Below, one piece after another: positions 1 through 8,152 of a stretch of DNA of 64,000 nucleotides. The notes under the pieces were generated by a model. It made no database searches. It was not told where the DNA came from and saw nothing but the letters and a program-made list of their open reading frames with translations. Source of the DNA: a virus. Made by a program: the position numbers and the translations under genes. The stretch spans positions 1-64,000 of the IMG/VR virus record IMGVR_UViG_3300028377_000005, one strand, 5' to 3'. Position 1 is the first letter of the stretch. Each line of letters begins with the position of its first letter.

Positions 1-1
1 C

Positions 2-67
2 GTACTCCGTGTGGTAAACTACATCAAGGATCCTACGGGTAGCGGTATATCAAAGCATTACCAATGA
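2..67 (+). CDS. 3' end of an upstream gene (partial, ...VLRVVNYIKDPTGSGISKHYQ*)
   Basis: Frame is open from the window edge; its TGA (65-67) overlaps the ATG at 64 (ATGA coupling). Confidence 0.55.
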   Translation, partial: VLRVVNYIKDPTGSGISKHYQ

Positions 68-732
68 ATTTTGACTTCGAACATATCGGTCCCGGTGATC
101 ACATTTGCGTAGTTGCAGAAGCCAGCAATACCGATGCCGTGGGCCTTCACCTGCGGCATCTTGGTTTCGAGATTCGTGATGTTATCACGATCTTGATGCC
201 GGGCCTTGAGCGGATGGCTATCCTTGCACGCCAGTCCAGTAATCATACCATCGCTGACATAATGGTTCGGTATGGGGCTGGGTCGGTTAACATCGACGCC
301 TGCCGGATCTCGACAATGGATTCGTTAGACGGCGGAGATACTACGCGGGGTAAACGTAGTGCCTTGTATGGGGATCGTCCTTACATGCACGATGAGGAGC
401 ATCTTGACCACCGGCGCAAGGAGGCCGTAGGGAAAGTTGCAAGGGCAGAAAAGCTAGGGAGGTTCCCCGCTAACCTTTTGGTGATCCACGGACCTGACTG
501 TTCACTTGCCGGTATCCGCGAGGTGAAGACCCGAACGGACACACGCCCTGACGTAGACGCTGGACGGTCCAGCAAAGTGCAGTGGCGTTACACTCCTACG
601 TCGGAAACAAAACGCGGCTATGGTGGTGCTGACGGCGTGGAAAAGGTTCCTGAGTGGAACTGTCAAAGCAATTGTCCTGTGTATCTGTTGGATTCCCATC
701 CTTTTGGAGGCTGCACATGTCTATCCCCATAA
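64..732 (+). CDS. DNA methyltransferase-derived target-recognition module 1 (no DPPY, no FxGxG; C-terminus truncated)
   Basis: GFEIRD, GAGSVNIDACRI, GRFPAN and HGPDC...WNCQSNCPV motifs match the central part of phage beta-class N6/N4 MTases; paralog of 5479 and 6312. Confidence 0.8.
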   Translation: MNFDFEHIGPGDHICVVAEASNTDAVGLHLRHLGFEIRDVITILMPGLERMAILARQSSNHTIADIMVRYGAGSVNIDACRISTMDSLDGGDTTRGKRSALYGDRPYMHDEEHLDHRRKEAVGKVARAEKLGRFPANLLVIHGPDCSLAGIREVKTRTDTRPDVDAGRSSKVQWRYTPTSETKRGYGGADGVEKVPEWNCQSNCPVYLLDSHPFGGCTCLSP

Positions 733-994
733 AGAAGGTGGGGACGACTCTACTCGCATAGGGAATATGCTCTTACTGAGTAGGAACGTCCATAGGCTTT
801 TCGACAACGGGAAGATTTCTATTTGTCCCCGCACATACGAGGTTCATGTGTCCGAGGACGTGGCGGACCGTCCACTAAGGTCGGGTGTTCCCTGTAGTAC
901 CCTTCAAGGAAAAGTTGCCGAGGTTGAACATGTCGATCAAAGCTCTTTGGAGTACCATTGGCGCAAGTTTCAGGAACAAAAGGAAAAGGTATGA
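695..994 (+). CDS. HNH endonuclease domain (HNH_2-like) with no clear start of its own, overlapping the end of the MTase module in the +1 frame
   Basis: LLEAAHVYPHKEGGDD...NMLLLSRNVHRLFDNGKISI...SLEYHW; track ORF is 620..994 but similarity starts at about 701. Confidence 0.75.
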   Translation, partial: PILLEAAHVYPHKEGGDDSTRIGNMLLLSRNVHRLFDNGKISICPRTYEVHVSEDVADRPLRSGVPCSTLQGKVAEVEHVDQSSLEYHWRKFQEQKEKV

Positions 995-1578
995 GCGATC
1001 TAGTACGTGTTATCAGCTATCGTGAACCTGTGCCCGAAGGGTACGAGGAAATCGTCACCACCTCCCGGTCAAAGAACTGGACGAAGGGTTTGAGTCCTTT
1101 CGTGTGTGGTCCGGTCGACCTGTACGATGGTTACGTGGCAAAGAACGTCGAGAACGGGTGGCAATTCAGTAAGGTCTACATGGAGCACATCGGCGACGAT
1201 GGGTGCCCCAACGATCTGTATTTCGAATGGGCTAAAGAGGGGTGGGCCGATAACTATGCTCACCGGTATCCGATGGGAAAAGGAGCCAAGCCAGAATTCT
1301 CTTGGTGGGATGGTGAGCGACTTACCTACGTAGAGGCACGCAAGAAAATCTACATGCGTATCTATTCGCAAGGCTTGCGAGATACCTACGCTTTCAAGCG
1401 TCTAGTGTCGATGGTGCAGTCGGGATCGAAGGTTGCGCTCCGGGACTTTGACGGGTACGATCACAAGGCCGAAGGCTTGACTTACAATGAGGTCGTGAAC
1501 AATCCCGACCGCAAAATGGGCCACGCTTTCGTGATCGCAATGTTGCTGGACAAGATTTTGGAGGCTAACGATGCTTGA
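991..1578 (+). CDS. NADAR-like (DUF6939-type) protein
   Basis: VTTSRSKNWTKGLSPF, NVENGWQFSKVY, LTYVEARKKIY and GHAFV motifs; ATG 991 has an RBS and ATGA overlap. Confidence 0.55.
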   Translation: MSDLVRVISYREPVPEGYEEIVTTSRSKNWTKGLSPFVCGPVDLYDGYVAKNVENGWQFSKVYMEHIGDDGCPNDLYFEWAKEGWADNYAHRYPMGKGAKPEFSWWDGERLTYVEARKKIYMRIYSQGLRDTYAFKRLVSMVQSGSKVALRDFDGYDHKAEGLTYNEVVNNPDRKMGHAFVIAMLLDKILEANDA

Positions 1579-1858
1579 AGAGCTTGACTGTAAACCGCTA
1601 TCTCATGAGGACTTTGCTGAGATACTAGAACAGAAATACCACGAGGGTATCCGGGCGGTACAGATGCACCGCAACGACTATGCCTGTATCCGGGGAAAGG
1701 AGTTAGACCTTTGCCTCGATGGTGATCAGATACGTAAGGGCATCATGGGTACTATTCGGGATGTAACACTTCTTGTATTGCGTGATTCCAGTTTGCCGGA
1801 AGGTATGGTAGATTACCTTGATCAAGTGGCTTATCAACGATTTATGAATGCTAATTAA
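1571..1858 (+). CDS. hypothetical protein
   Basis: Coupled ORF in the operon, GGAGG RBS. Confidence 0.7.
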   Translation: MLEELDCKPLSHEDFAEILEQKYHEGIRAVQMHRNDYACIRGKELDLCLDGDQIRKGIMGTIRDVTLLVLRDSSLPEGMVDYLDQVAYQRFMNAN

Positions 1859-2078
1859 CCACTTCAACGCACTGACTTTACTGCCACCAGATCACCGAAC
1901 AGCTAAGAGGATTTCGGTCCAGAAATCAATCACTCCGCGTTCACGTTACGAACCGGGTCGTGTCCTTGTCCTTGTGAACGGCTATACAGAATACGGCTTT
2001 CATTGTAATTTACGTTCCCCGTTTTTGACCTTTAGCGAATTCGACCGCTTGATGAAAGGCGATCGGTTTAACCAATAA
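1848..2078 (+). CDS. hypothetical protein, probable paralog of 4375..4683
   Basis: Fills the gap before the topoisomerase gene; N-terminus MLINHFN..LLPPDH. Confidence 0.55.
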   Translation: MLINHFNALTLLPPDHRTAKRISVQKSITPRSRYEPGRVLVLVNGYTEYGFHCNLRSPFLTFSEFDRLMKGDRFNQ

Positions 2079-2087
2079 GAGACTTCA

Positions 2088-4373
2088 ATGGCGCATTTGC
2101 ACGAAGAAATACGAACACGTTACTTGAACTACGCCATGTCCGTTATCATGAGCCGGGCTATCCCGGACGTGCGTGACGGTCTGAAACCTGTGCAGCGTAG
2201 GATTCTCTACGCCATGTATAAGAACCTCCGCCTTACCCCGAGCGCACGGTTTAGAAAGTCCGCTGCGATCGTCGGTGAGGTGATGGGTAAGTACCATCCC
2301 CACGGTGACTCTGCTATTTATGGGGCAATGGTTCGTATGGCACAGGACTTTTCGCTCCGCTACCCTCTGGTAGACGGACACGGCAACTTCGGTTCGATCG
2401 ACGGGGACAATGCGGCTGCCATGCGGTACACGGAGGCTAAACTCCTCCCCCTTGCCGAGCGTTTGCTCGATGAGTTGGGTGACGGAACGGTGGGTTACCG
2501 ACCCAATTACGACGGCACCGTGGAAGAACCCGACGTCCTACCCGCTCAGATCCCCAACCTCCTAGTCAATGGGGCCACGGGTATTGCGGTCGGAATGGCA
2601 ACCAACATCCCGCCTCACAACCTGAAAGAGTGTATCGACGCCTGTTGTGACTTGATCTCTAACCCGTCACGCAAGGTATCGACACTGGTCAAGAACCACA
2701 TCAAGGGGCCGGATTTCCCGACTGGCGGAGTGATCTTGGAGAGCCAAGATGAAATCGCTGAGTCTTACGAAACGGGTTCTGGTACGTTTACAATCCGGGC
2801 GCGGTGGCACCTCGAAAAGGTGAGCGCCAATGGGAAACAAGCTATTGTGGTGACGGAGATTCCGTACAGCACGAACAAAGATACGCTTGTCCAAAAGATC
2901 GCCGAGCACGTGGCGAACAATAAGGTGCCTCAGATTACCGACGTGCGTGACGAAAGCACCGATGAGATTCGGGTCGTCATGGACTTGAAACGCGGGTCCG
3001 ATGAGAACGCGGCCTTGGCTTATCTGTTCAAGCATACGCCATTGGAAGATCGTTTCCACTTGAACATGACGTGCCTCTTACCCTCTGACGACCTCAGCGT
3101 GCCGAAGCCGGATCAGGTAGACTTGAAGACGGTCTTGCAGGCGTTCCTAGACTTCCGTCTGGACGTCACGACCAAGCGGTTGCAAAACAAGCTCGACGGC
3201 CTTGAGTCACGCATCCATATCCTCGAAGCCTTTGAAGTGGTTTTCGGGGATATCCAAAAGGTGCTCAAAATCGTCCAGAAAGCCACGTCCAAAAAGGAAG
3301 CCCGCAAAGGTGTGATGAAAGGCTTTGGGTTCGATGAGGAACAAGCTGAGGCGATCATTTCGATCCCCCTATACCGACTTGCCAATACCGAGAAGGAAGG
3401 CGTCCTGAATGAACTGAAGGCCAAACGCGGGGAAGCCGAGCGTCTCCGTGAAGTCCTCAGCGACGAGGAGGCAAGGTGGTCGCTGGTTCGCACTGAGCTT
3501 AGGGAGATTGGCCGGGCTTATGGGGACGATCGACGTACATCGGTAGAGGTGGAAGTCGAAGATTACGAGTACAACGAAGAGGACTTCATCGAAGCCGAAG
3601 ACCTGTATGTCGTAGTGTCCCGTGACGGTTGGGTGCGCACACAAAAGAGCTACGGCGACCTGTCGAGTTTGCGGTGCCGAGATAACGATGAGATTGGGTG
3701 GGTACTTCCGGGCAACACAAAGGATACCGTCCTGTTCTTTACTTCGGCGGCCAAGTGTTATACGGCGCGCATCGTTGATCTCACCCTGACGACGGGGTAC
3801 GGCGACCCTATCCAGTCCATGTTTTCATTCGGGGACGGCGAAAAGATCGTGAACGTACTCACTCTGAGCGACCTTGTGGTGCCCGGCTCTCCAGACCCTG
3901 CAGATATCGAAATGGTGTCCGTCGCTAAGAGCGGGTTGGCCGTGCGATACAACCTCGATGGTTTTGATGAGCCTTCGACTGTCGTGGGCCGCACTTTCCA
4001 GCGCCTAGAGGATGGGGATAGCGTAGTCAATTGCTGTTACCGTCAAGACGGCGATCACGTCGTGCTCGCCACACACAACGGTAGAGGCACTACGTTCGAA
4101 GCCACCGAGGTCAAGAGTTACAAGGGTCCGGGGAAAGGCGTGAAGTCTATCAACATTCAAGATGGGGATCTGGTACTGGCCTTTACCCTTTGTGGGGATA
4201 ACCAGTCTGAAAACCTGTACGTCGAAACGAACCGGGGTGCGGAGCGGATGGTCACTCACCAGACGTACAAGCCCACCAAGCGTGGTAACAAAGGTTACAC
4301 GATCATCAAGCGCGGCCATTTGATTCGGTGGAAGCGCCAGCCTGTAGAAATCAACTATCCCGGAGACGAATGA
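2088..4373 (+). CDS. gyrA: type IIA DNA topoisomerase subunit A (GyrA/ParC family)
   Basis: [34 protein letters not shown], catalytic [23 protein letters not shown]-terminal pinwheel repeats; no GyrA-box seen, so it may be ParC-like. Confidence 0.95.
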   Translation: MAHLHEEIRTRYLNYAMSVIMSRAIPDVRDGLKPVQRRILYAMYKNLRLTPSARFRKSAAIVGEVMGKYHPHGDSAIYGAMVRMAQDFSLRYPLVDGHGNFGSIDGDNAAAMRYTEAKLLPLAERLLDELGDGTVGYRPNYDGTVEEPDVLPAQIPNLLVNGATGIAVGMATNIPPHNLKECIDACCDLISNPSRKVSTLVKNHIKGPDFPTGGVILESQDEIAESYETGSGTFTIRARWHLEKVSANGKQAIVVTEIPYSTNKDTLVQKIAEHVANNKVPQITDVRDESTDEIRVVMDLKRGSDENAALAYLFKHTPLEDRFHLNMTCLLPSDDLSVPKPDQVDLKTVLQAFLDFRLDVTTKRLQNKLDGLESRIHILEAFEVVFGDIQKVLKIVQKATSKKEARKGVMKGFGFDEEQAEAIISIPLYRLANTEKEGVLNELKAKRGEAERLREVLSDEEARWSLVRTELREIGRAYGDDRRTSVEVEVEDYEYNEEDFIEAEDLYVVVSRDGWVRTQKSYGDLSSLRCRDNDEIGWVLPGNTKDTVLFFTSAAKCYTARIVDLTLTTGYGDPIQSMFSFGDGEKIVNVLTLSDLVVPGSPDPADIEMVSVAKSGLAVRYNLDGFDEPSTVVGRTFQRLEDGDSVVNCCYRQDGDHVVLATHNGRGTTFEATEVKSYKGPGKGVKSINIQDGDLVLAFTLCGDNQSENLYVETNRGAERMVTHQTYKPTKRGNKGYTIIKRGHLIRWKRQPVEINYPGDE

Positions 4374-4374
4374 T

Positions 4375-4683
4375 ATGATTGTTAATCATTCCAACACGAG
4401 TGGCTTGCCCTTAGATCATTTCCTCGACACCAGTTTGGCTGTGGACAACATGGTCTTTAGGATCATGTATCAAGTTGAGTCTACGGGTGATGTGGTAATC
4501 GCAGCCGACAATCCTCGCACGACAGCATCGGTTTCGTTGTGGGTGACATGCAGTATGAAATCAGTGTTTTTCAGGTGCGTGATAACATGTCCCCATGTCT
4601 GGATGATTTTTCAAAACAGCGCCGGAACGGCGACGTTTAGCGGAATTACTCACGAACGGAACGCTGTTGGACGAATTACGTAA
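4375..4683 (+). CDS. hypothetical protein, probable paralog of 1848..2078
   Basis: Operon position; N-terminus MIVNHSN..GLPLDH. Confidence 0.55.
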   Translation: MIVNHSNTSGLPLDHFLDTSLAVDNMVFRIMYQVESTGDVVIAADNPRTTASVSLWVTCSMKSVFFRCVITCPHVWMIFQNSAGTATFSGITHERNAVGRIT

Positions 4684-4694
4684 AAGGGCAACGA

Positions 4695-4988
4695 ATGACT
4701 GATCAATTAGATGAAGAGGGGTTGCTCGACGTTGAATGTGGGGCAGCTATCGAAGAGGCGCTGGAAAACGACAACCCCCTATTACAGCGGGCTTTGCGTC
4801 GTATCCGTGCCCTTGAGGGTGGTGTGAGGTATGCTGACGAGCGCGTGAACAGTTTGATCACAGAACTTAGCCGCATCCGGGATGTTGTTTTTCCACCGGG
4901 CAGTGGTATCCCTACCGGGGATGCCTTGTACTTGGCGATCAAGGAGACCTTCGAAGCTAAGACCCCGCCCGAAGAGGCCGAAGAATGA
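4695..4988 (+). CDS. hypothetical coiled-coil protein
   Basis: ORF with RBS, coupled to the next gene. Confidence 0.7.
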   Translation: MTDQLDEEGLLDVECGAAIEEALENDNPLLQRALRRIRALEGGVRYADERVNSLITELSRIRDVVFPPGSGIPTGDALYLAIKETFEAKTPPEEAEE

Positions 4989-5248
4989 TCCGCCCTGAAG
5001 AAGTGCTAGACCACAGGTTTTTAGTGTGGGAAACGACCATTGATGGTATTCTTCGCAGCCACGAATGGAGCCAATCCCGAACGTGTCCCGTACAGATCGG
5101 AACCCAACAGCCGGGACTAGATAAGTTGCTAGACGAATACCGTCGTATCGGTTGGATTGTTCATGCGGTCCAGAACGATCGCGGTACCCTTTGTCGGTTC
5201 ATGCCTGCAGAGTTACTGGAAACGGACGATTTCGATGAGCAAGCGTGA
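4985..5248 (+). CDS. hypothetical protein
   Basis: ATGA-coupled ORF. Confidence 0.7.
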   Translation: MIRPEEVLDHRFLVWETTIDGILRSHEWSQSRTCPVQIGTQQPGLDKLLDEYRRIGWIVHAVQNDRGTLCRFMPAELLETDDFDEQA

Positions 5249-5489
5249 TCAAATAGCGGCCCGCTATCCAGAGGTCCTTTTCGCTGACGGTTTCGATGAT
5301 GCAATCGTAGGAGTGGCTTACAAAGGCGGACAAGGCATTTCTGTAGCTTATGATACGACATCGTGCATTTTGATTTTGATGGACGACATGACTGAAATGG
5401 AAGCTGTAGAGTATTTCGAATACAATGTGTTGGACGCTTTCGTAGGTGAGGCTACACCCGTATTTATCATGGAACCCGATGAGATTTGA
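5235..5489 (+). CDS. conserved small phage protein
   Basis: LFADGFDDAIVGV...EAVEYFEYNVLDAFVGEATPVF, a motif I recognise from many phage hypothetical proteins. Confidence 0.75.
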   Translation: MSKRDQIAARYPEVLFADGFDDAIVGVAYKGGQGISVAYDTTSCILILMDDMTEMEAVEYFEYNVLDAFVGEATPVFIMEPDEI

Positions 5490-6315
5490 TCTAAAACCCG
5501 GCGAACACGCAGTTTTCGTGAGCGAGGCTGCAACCGTGGATGGTGCGGCTTTCCGTATACGTAAAGAGGGGCTAGAGATCCGGGACGCCGTGGCTATCCA
5601 GATGGTAGATCAATCGTTGGTGGCGATCCTTGTGCGTGCCGAGCTTAACGGTTCGATCGTTGAGAATACGGTACGGACCGGTGCGGGTACGATCAATATC
5701 GATGCGTGCCGTGTGTCGGTAGAGTCCAGTGAAGTCGTGGATCAAAGCTCCGGTGACTGGACGGTAGGTAACGCCCACGAAGGGTACAAAAGGCCGGGAC
5801 GTTCCATGTTTACGCACAGTCCGAAGGAGCGCAATGGCCCTGCTAACCCCGCTGGCCGTTGGCCGCCGAATCAGATCCTAGTCCACGGTCCCGACTGTGT
5901 GTGCAATGGTACTAAAAAAGTGCATCCCAAAGAGGGGCATCGTCCTAATCCGGTACAGCAACAAGCAGACGGGCGTATTCAGTTTAATACGAAAGAGCCG
6001 GGTTACCAGAAGATCAGCTACACTGCCGAAGACGGCAAAGAAACAGTAGCCGATTGGGATTGCCAGCCGGGATGCCCTGTGGTGGCCTTGGATCAACAAA
6101 GTGGTGACAGACCGGGCTGCACAAGTCCGTCTGACGCCCAACCCGAAAGTATTTTCAGGCCGGGGCAGGGTGGGTATCAGAAACAAGGTCCTATTTACGG
6201 TGACAAGGGCGGTGCATCGAGGTTCTATCGCCAGACTCAAAGCATAGACGACCTGATCTGGTACCTTGCGGATCTTGTGGGGTCGGTGGATCGTGTGGTG
6301 TGGGTGGACGCATGA
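5479..6315 (+). CDS. DNA methyltransferase-derived target-recognition module 2 (no DPPY, no FxGxG)
   Basis: LKPGEH, GLEIRD, GAGTINIDACRV, GRWPPN, HGPDC...WDCQPGCPV, LDQQSG, GDKGGASRFY. Confidence 0.85.
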   Translation: MRFDLKPGEHAVFVSEAATVDGAAFRIRKEGLEIRDAVAIQMVDQSLVAILVRAELNGSIVENTVRTGAGTINIDACRVSVESSEVVDQSSGDWTVGNAHEGYKRPGRSMFTHSPKERNGPANPAGRWPPNQILVHGPDCVCNGTKKVHPKEGHRPNPVQQQADGRIQFNTKEPGYQKISYTAEDGKETVADWDCQPGCPVVALDQQSGDRPGCTSPSDAQPESIFRPGQGGYQKQGPIYGDKGGASRFYRQTQSIDDLIWYLADLVGSVDRVVWVDA

Positions 6316-7163
6316 AAAACTGGCCTACTTTACAACCCGGTGAGTACGTGACGGTCTTGACTACCGAAACACAAGCGGACGCCGTAGGCTTTCGTGCCCT
6401 CCGTGCGGGCTTGGAAGTGCGGGACGTCGTGACGGCTCAGTTGCCGGGTGGTCAGGTGCAAGTGGCTCTCCTCTTGCGTCAAGACCCGGAGTCCTCAGTC
6501 GTAGAACGCATCGTGCGTTCGGGAACGGGCGCTGTAGACATTGATGGGAGCCGTGTGGCCTATGCGTCCGATAGCGACGAGGATAACGCTAGGGTGCCGC
6601 AGCCTGCTTTCGATTCACCAACCGGAAAAGTCTACAATTACAAAACAGGTGAAGGACGTTCCGGTGATATGTTTGATCCATCAAATGGGCGGTGGCCTGC
6701 CAATTTCATTTTCGTACATGCTTCGCAGTGTGAACGTAGAGGCACCAAAAAGGTTACGAACACTTCGGGGTCTGTAACAGGCAACGAACCCAGCGCCCTG
6801 ACTAAAAACGCCTATGGCGAATACAAGGGTCGCCCTAAATTCCAAGCCTACGGTGACGACGGTACCGAAGAGGTAGATGATTGGAACTGCCAACCCGACT
6901 GCCCCGTAGCCCTTGTCGATGCCCAGAGCGGCTACCTGAAAAGCCCTGCTCCCTATGTTAAAGCGACGTCTACCTACAATCGGGTCGCATTCGGTAAAGG
7001 CATTGGACAGGCGGCTGGCGAGGTCGTCAAGGGCTTTGGCGACGATGGCGGTGCGTCAAGGTTCTTTAAGCATGTAACTTCCCTTGACGAATTGGCCGAT
7101 TACCTGCACACTTTGATACGTAACGAATATGTATTGCACGACGAGGAAAAAACACATGAGTGA
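6312..7163 (+). CDS. DNA methyltransferase-derived target-recognition module 3 (no DPPY, no FxGxG)
   Basis: LQPGEY, GLEVRD, GTGAVDIDGSRV, GRWPAN, HASQC...WNCQPDCPV, DAQSG, GDDGGASRFF. Confidence 0.85.
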   Translation: MKNWPTLQPGEYVTVLTTETQADAVGFRALRAGLEVRDVVTAQLPGGQVQVALLLRQDPESSVVERIVRSGTGAVDIDGSRVAYASDSDEDNARVPQPAFDSPTGKVYNYKTGEGRSGDMFDPSNGRWPANFIFVHASQCERRGTKKVTNTSGSVTGNEPSALTKNAYGEYKGRPKFQAYGDDGTEEVDDWNCQPDCPVALVDAQSGYLKSPAPYVKATSTYNRVAFGKGIGQAAGEVVKGFGDDGGASRFFKHVTSLDELADYLHTLIRNEYVLHDEEKTHE

Positions 7164-7665
7164 TAACCCTTATGAAGCGCCCTTTCTGTATACAGCAAAG
7201 GCGTCCCGATCCGAGCGTGATGCCGGTTGTGAGCATCTTTTCTGGAAATACGAGGGTTCCGATCCCGTCCAGATCACAAAGGAAGAATACGATGAACTCG
7301 AAGCCGCTGGAGAACGGGTGGCCGAGGGTAACATTCATCCCACGGTCAAGCCGGTCGAGGTGATGGAGTGGTTGGTCAATAGGCTCTGTCCCGAAGACGG
7401 CGTGGTACTGGACCCTTTCACGGGTTCGGGAACAACAGGTATCGCGGCAATCAAAGCCGGGCGTGATGCCCAGCTTATTGAGCTTAATGCGGACGGCTCT
7501 TACGCTCCGATTATCCGGGGCCGCCTTGAAGCTGCCAAGTATACCCATATCGAAGAGGTTCCGGTCTGGGAAGCGAAGCCTGAGATCACGGTACCTACCG
7601 ATGTGGATGAAACGCCGCAAGCGGAAGATGACCAAGAAGTCAATTTCGGCGACCTTTTTGGGTAA
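7156..7665 (+). CDS. stand-alone C-terminal SAM-binding module of a beta-class N6/N4 DNA methyltransferase
   Basis: FLYTAKASRSER...HPTVKPVEVMEWLV (motif X), VLDPFTGSGTTGIAA (motif I), LIELN (motif II); no DPPY. Confidence 0.9.
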   Translation: MSDNPYEAPFLYTAKASRSERDAGCEHLFWKYEGSDPVQITKEEYDELEAAGERVAEGNIHPTVKPVEVMEWLVNRLCPEDGVVLDPFTGSGTTGIAAIKAGRDAQLIELNADGSYAPIIRGRLEAAKYTHIEEVPVWEAKPEITVPTDVDETPQAEDDQEVNFGDLFG

Positions 7666-7666
7666 A

Positions 7667-7695
7667 TAATCTATTTGTGGCCCGCGTTAAATAGA
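7667..7695 (+). promoter_or_regulatory. putative phage late promoter (TAATCTATTTGT-N13-TAGA)
   Basis: Instance of the recurrent intergenic motif (see findings). Confidence 0.55.
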
Positions 7696-7711
7696 CACAT
7701 AGAGGGATCAG

Positions 7712-8152
7712 ATGCAATTTACTGCACCCAAATTCAGTACCGAAGTTAAGACCTTCCGGGACGCAAGTGACGTCCTCATGTCCCTGCTACATGCTCAAAA
7801 CCAGACGTACAACACCTGTATCATGCCGAGTTTCCATCACGGAAATGACATGGTTGAGGCGGTGATCAAGATGCTGGACACCGTAGAAAGTCCCGATGGC
7901 CTCGATCATATAGTGGTTCTAGCTCATAGCACTGTTTACTACCGTATCCGTAAAGAATGCCGTTCCGTGCTGGAAATGGAAAACCACGATCCCCGTGTAG
8001 GGTATTCAGGTACCCTCCTTGGTCATCGGTTTTTTGCACACCCCCGTCTTCGCCGAAACACGATTGTCGTCGGAGGTAAAAAGGGTAAAGCGGTACGGTT
8101 CATTGTAGGTGCTGAAACAGACTGGAACCCCAACCAGCCACTGGTGGTGTGA
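7712..8152 (+). CDS. hypothetical protein, possibly a divergent major-capsid-protein (HK97 A-domain) fragment
   Basis: IVVLAHSTVYYRIRK...LEME...GYSGTLLGHRFFAHPRLRRNTIVVG resembles capsid C-terminal regions; ORF is solid, function is tentative. Confidence 0.4.
   Translation: MQFTAPKFSTEVKTFRDASDVLMSLLHAQNQTYNTCIMPSFHHGNDMVEAVIKMLDTVESPDGLDHIVVLAHSTVYYRIRKECRSVLEMENHDPRVGYSGTLLGHRFFAHPRLRRNTIVVGGKKGKAVRFIVGAETDWNPNQPLVV

Noticed and set aside
6312-7665. Single MTase gene broken by a frameshift or sequencing error
   Set aside because: Module 3 continues about 30 codons past GGASRFF with a tail also present in module 2, and the SAM module has its own RBS and ATG; a fusion would still lack DPPY.
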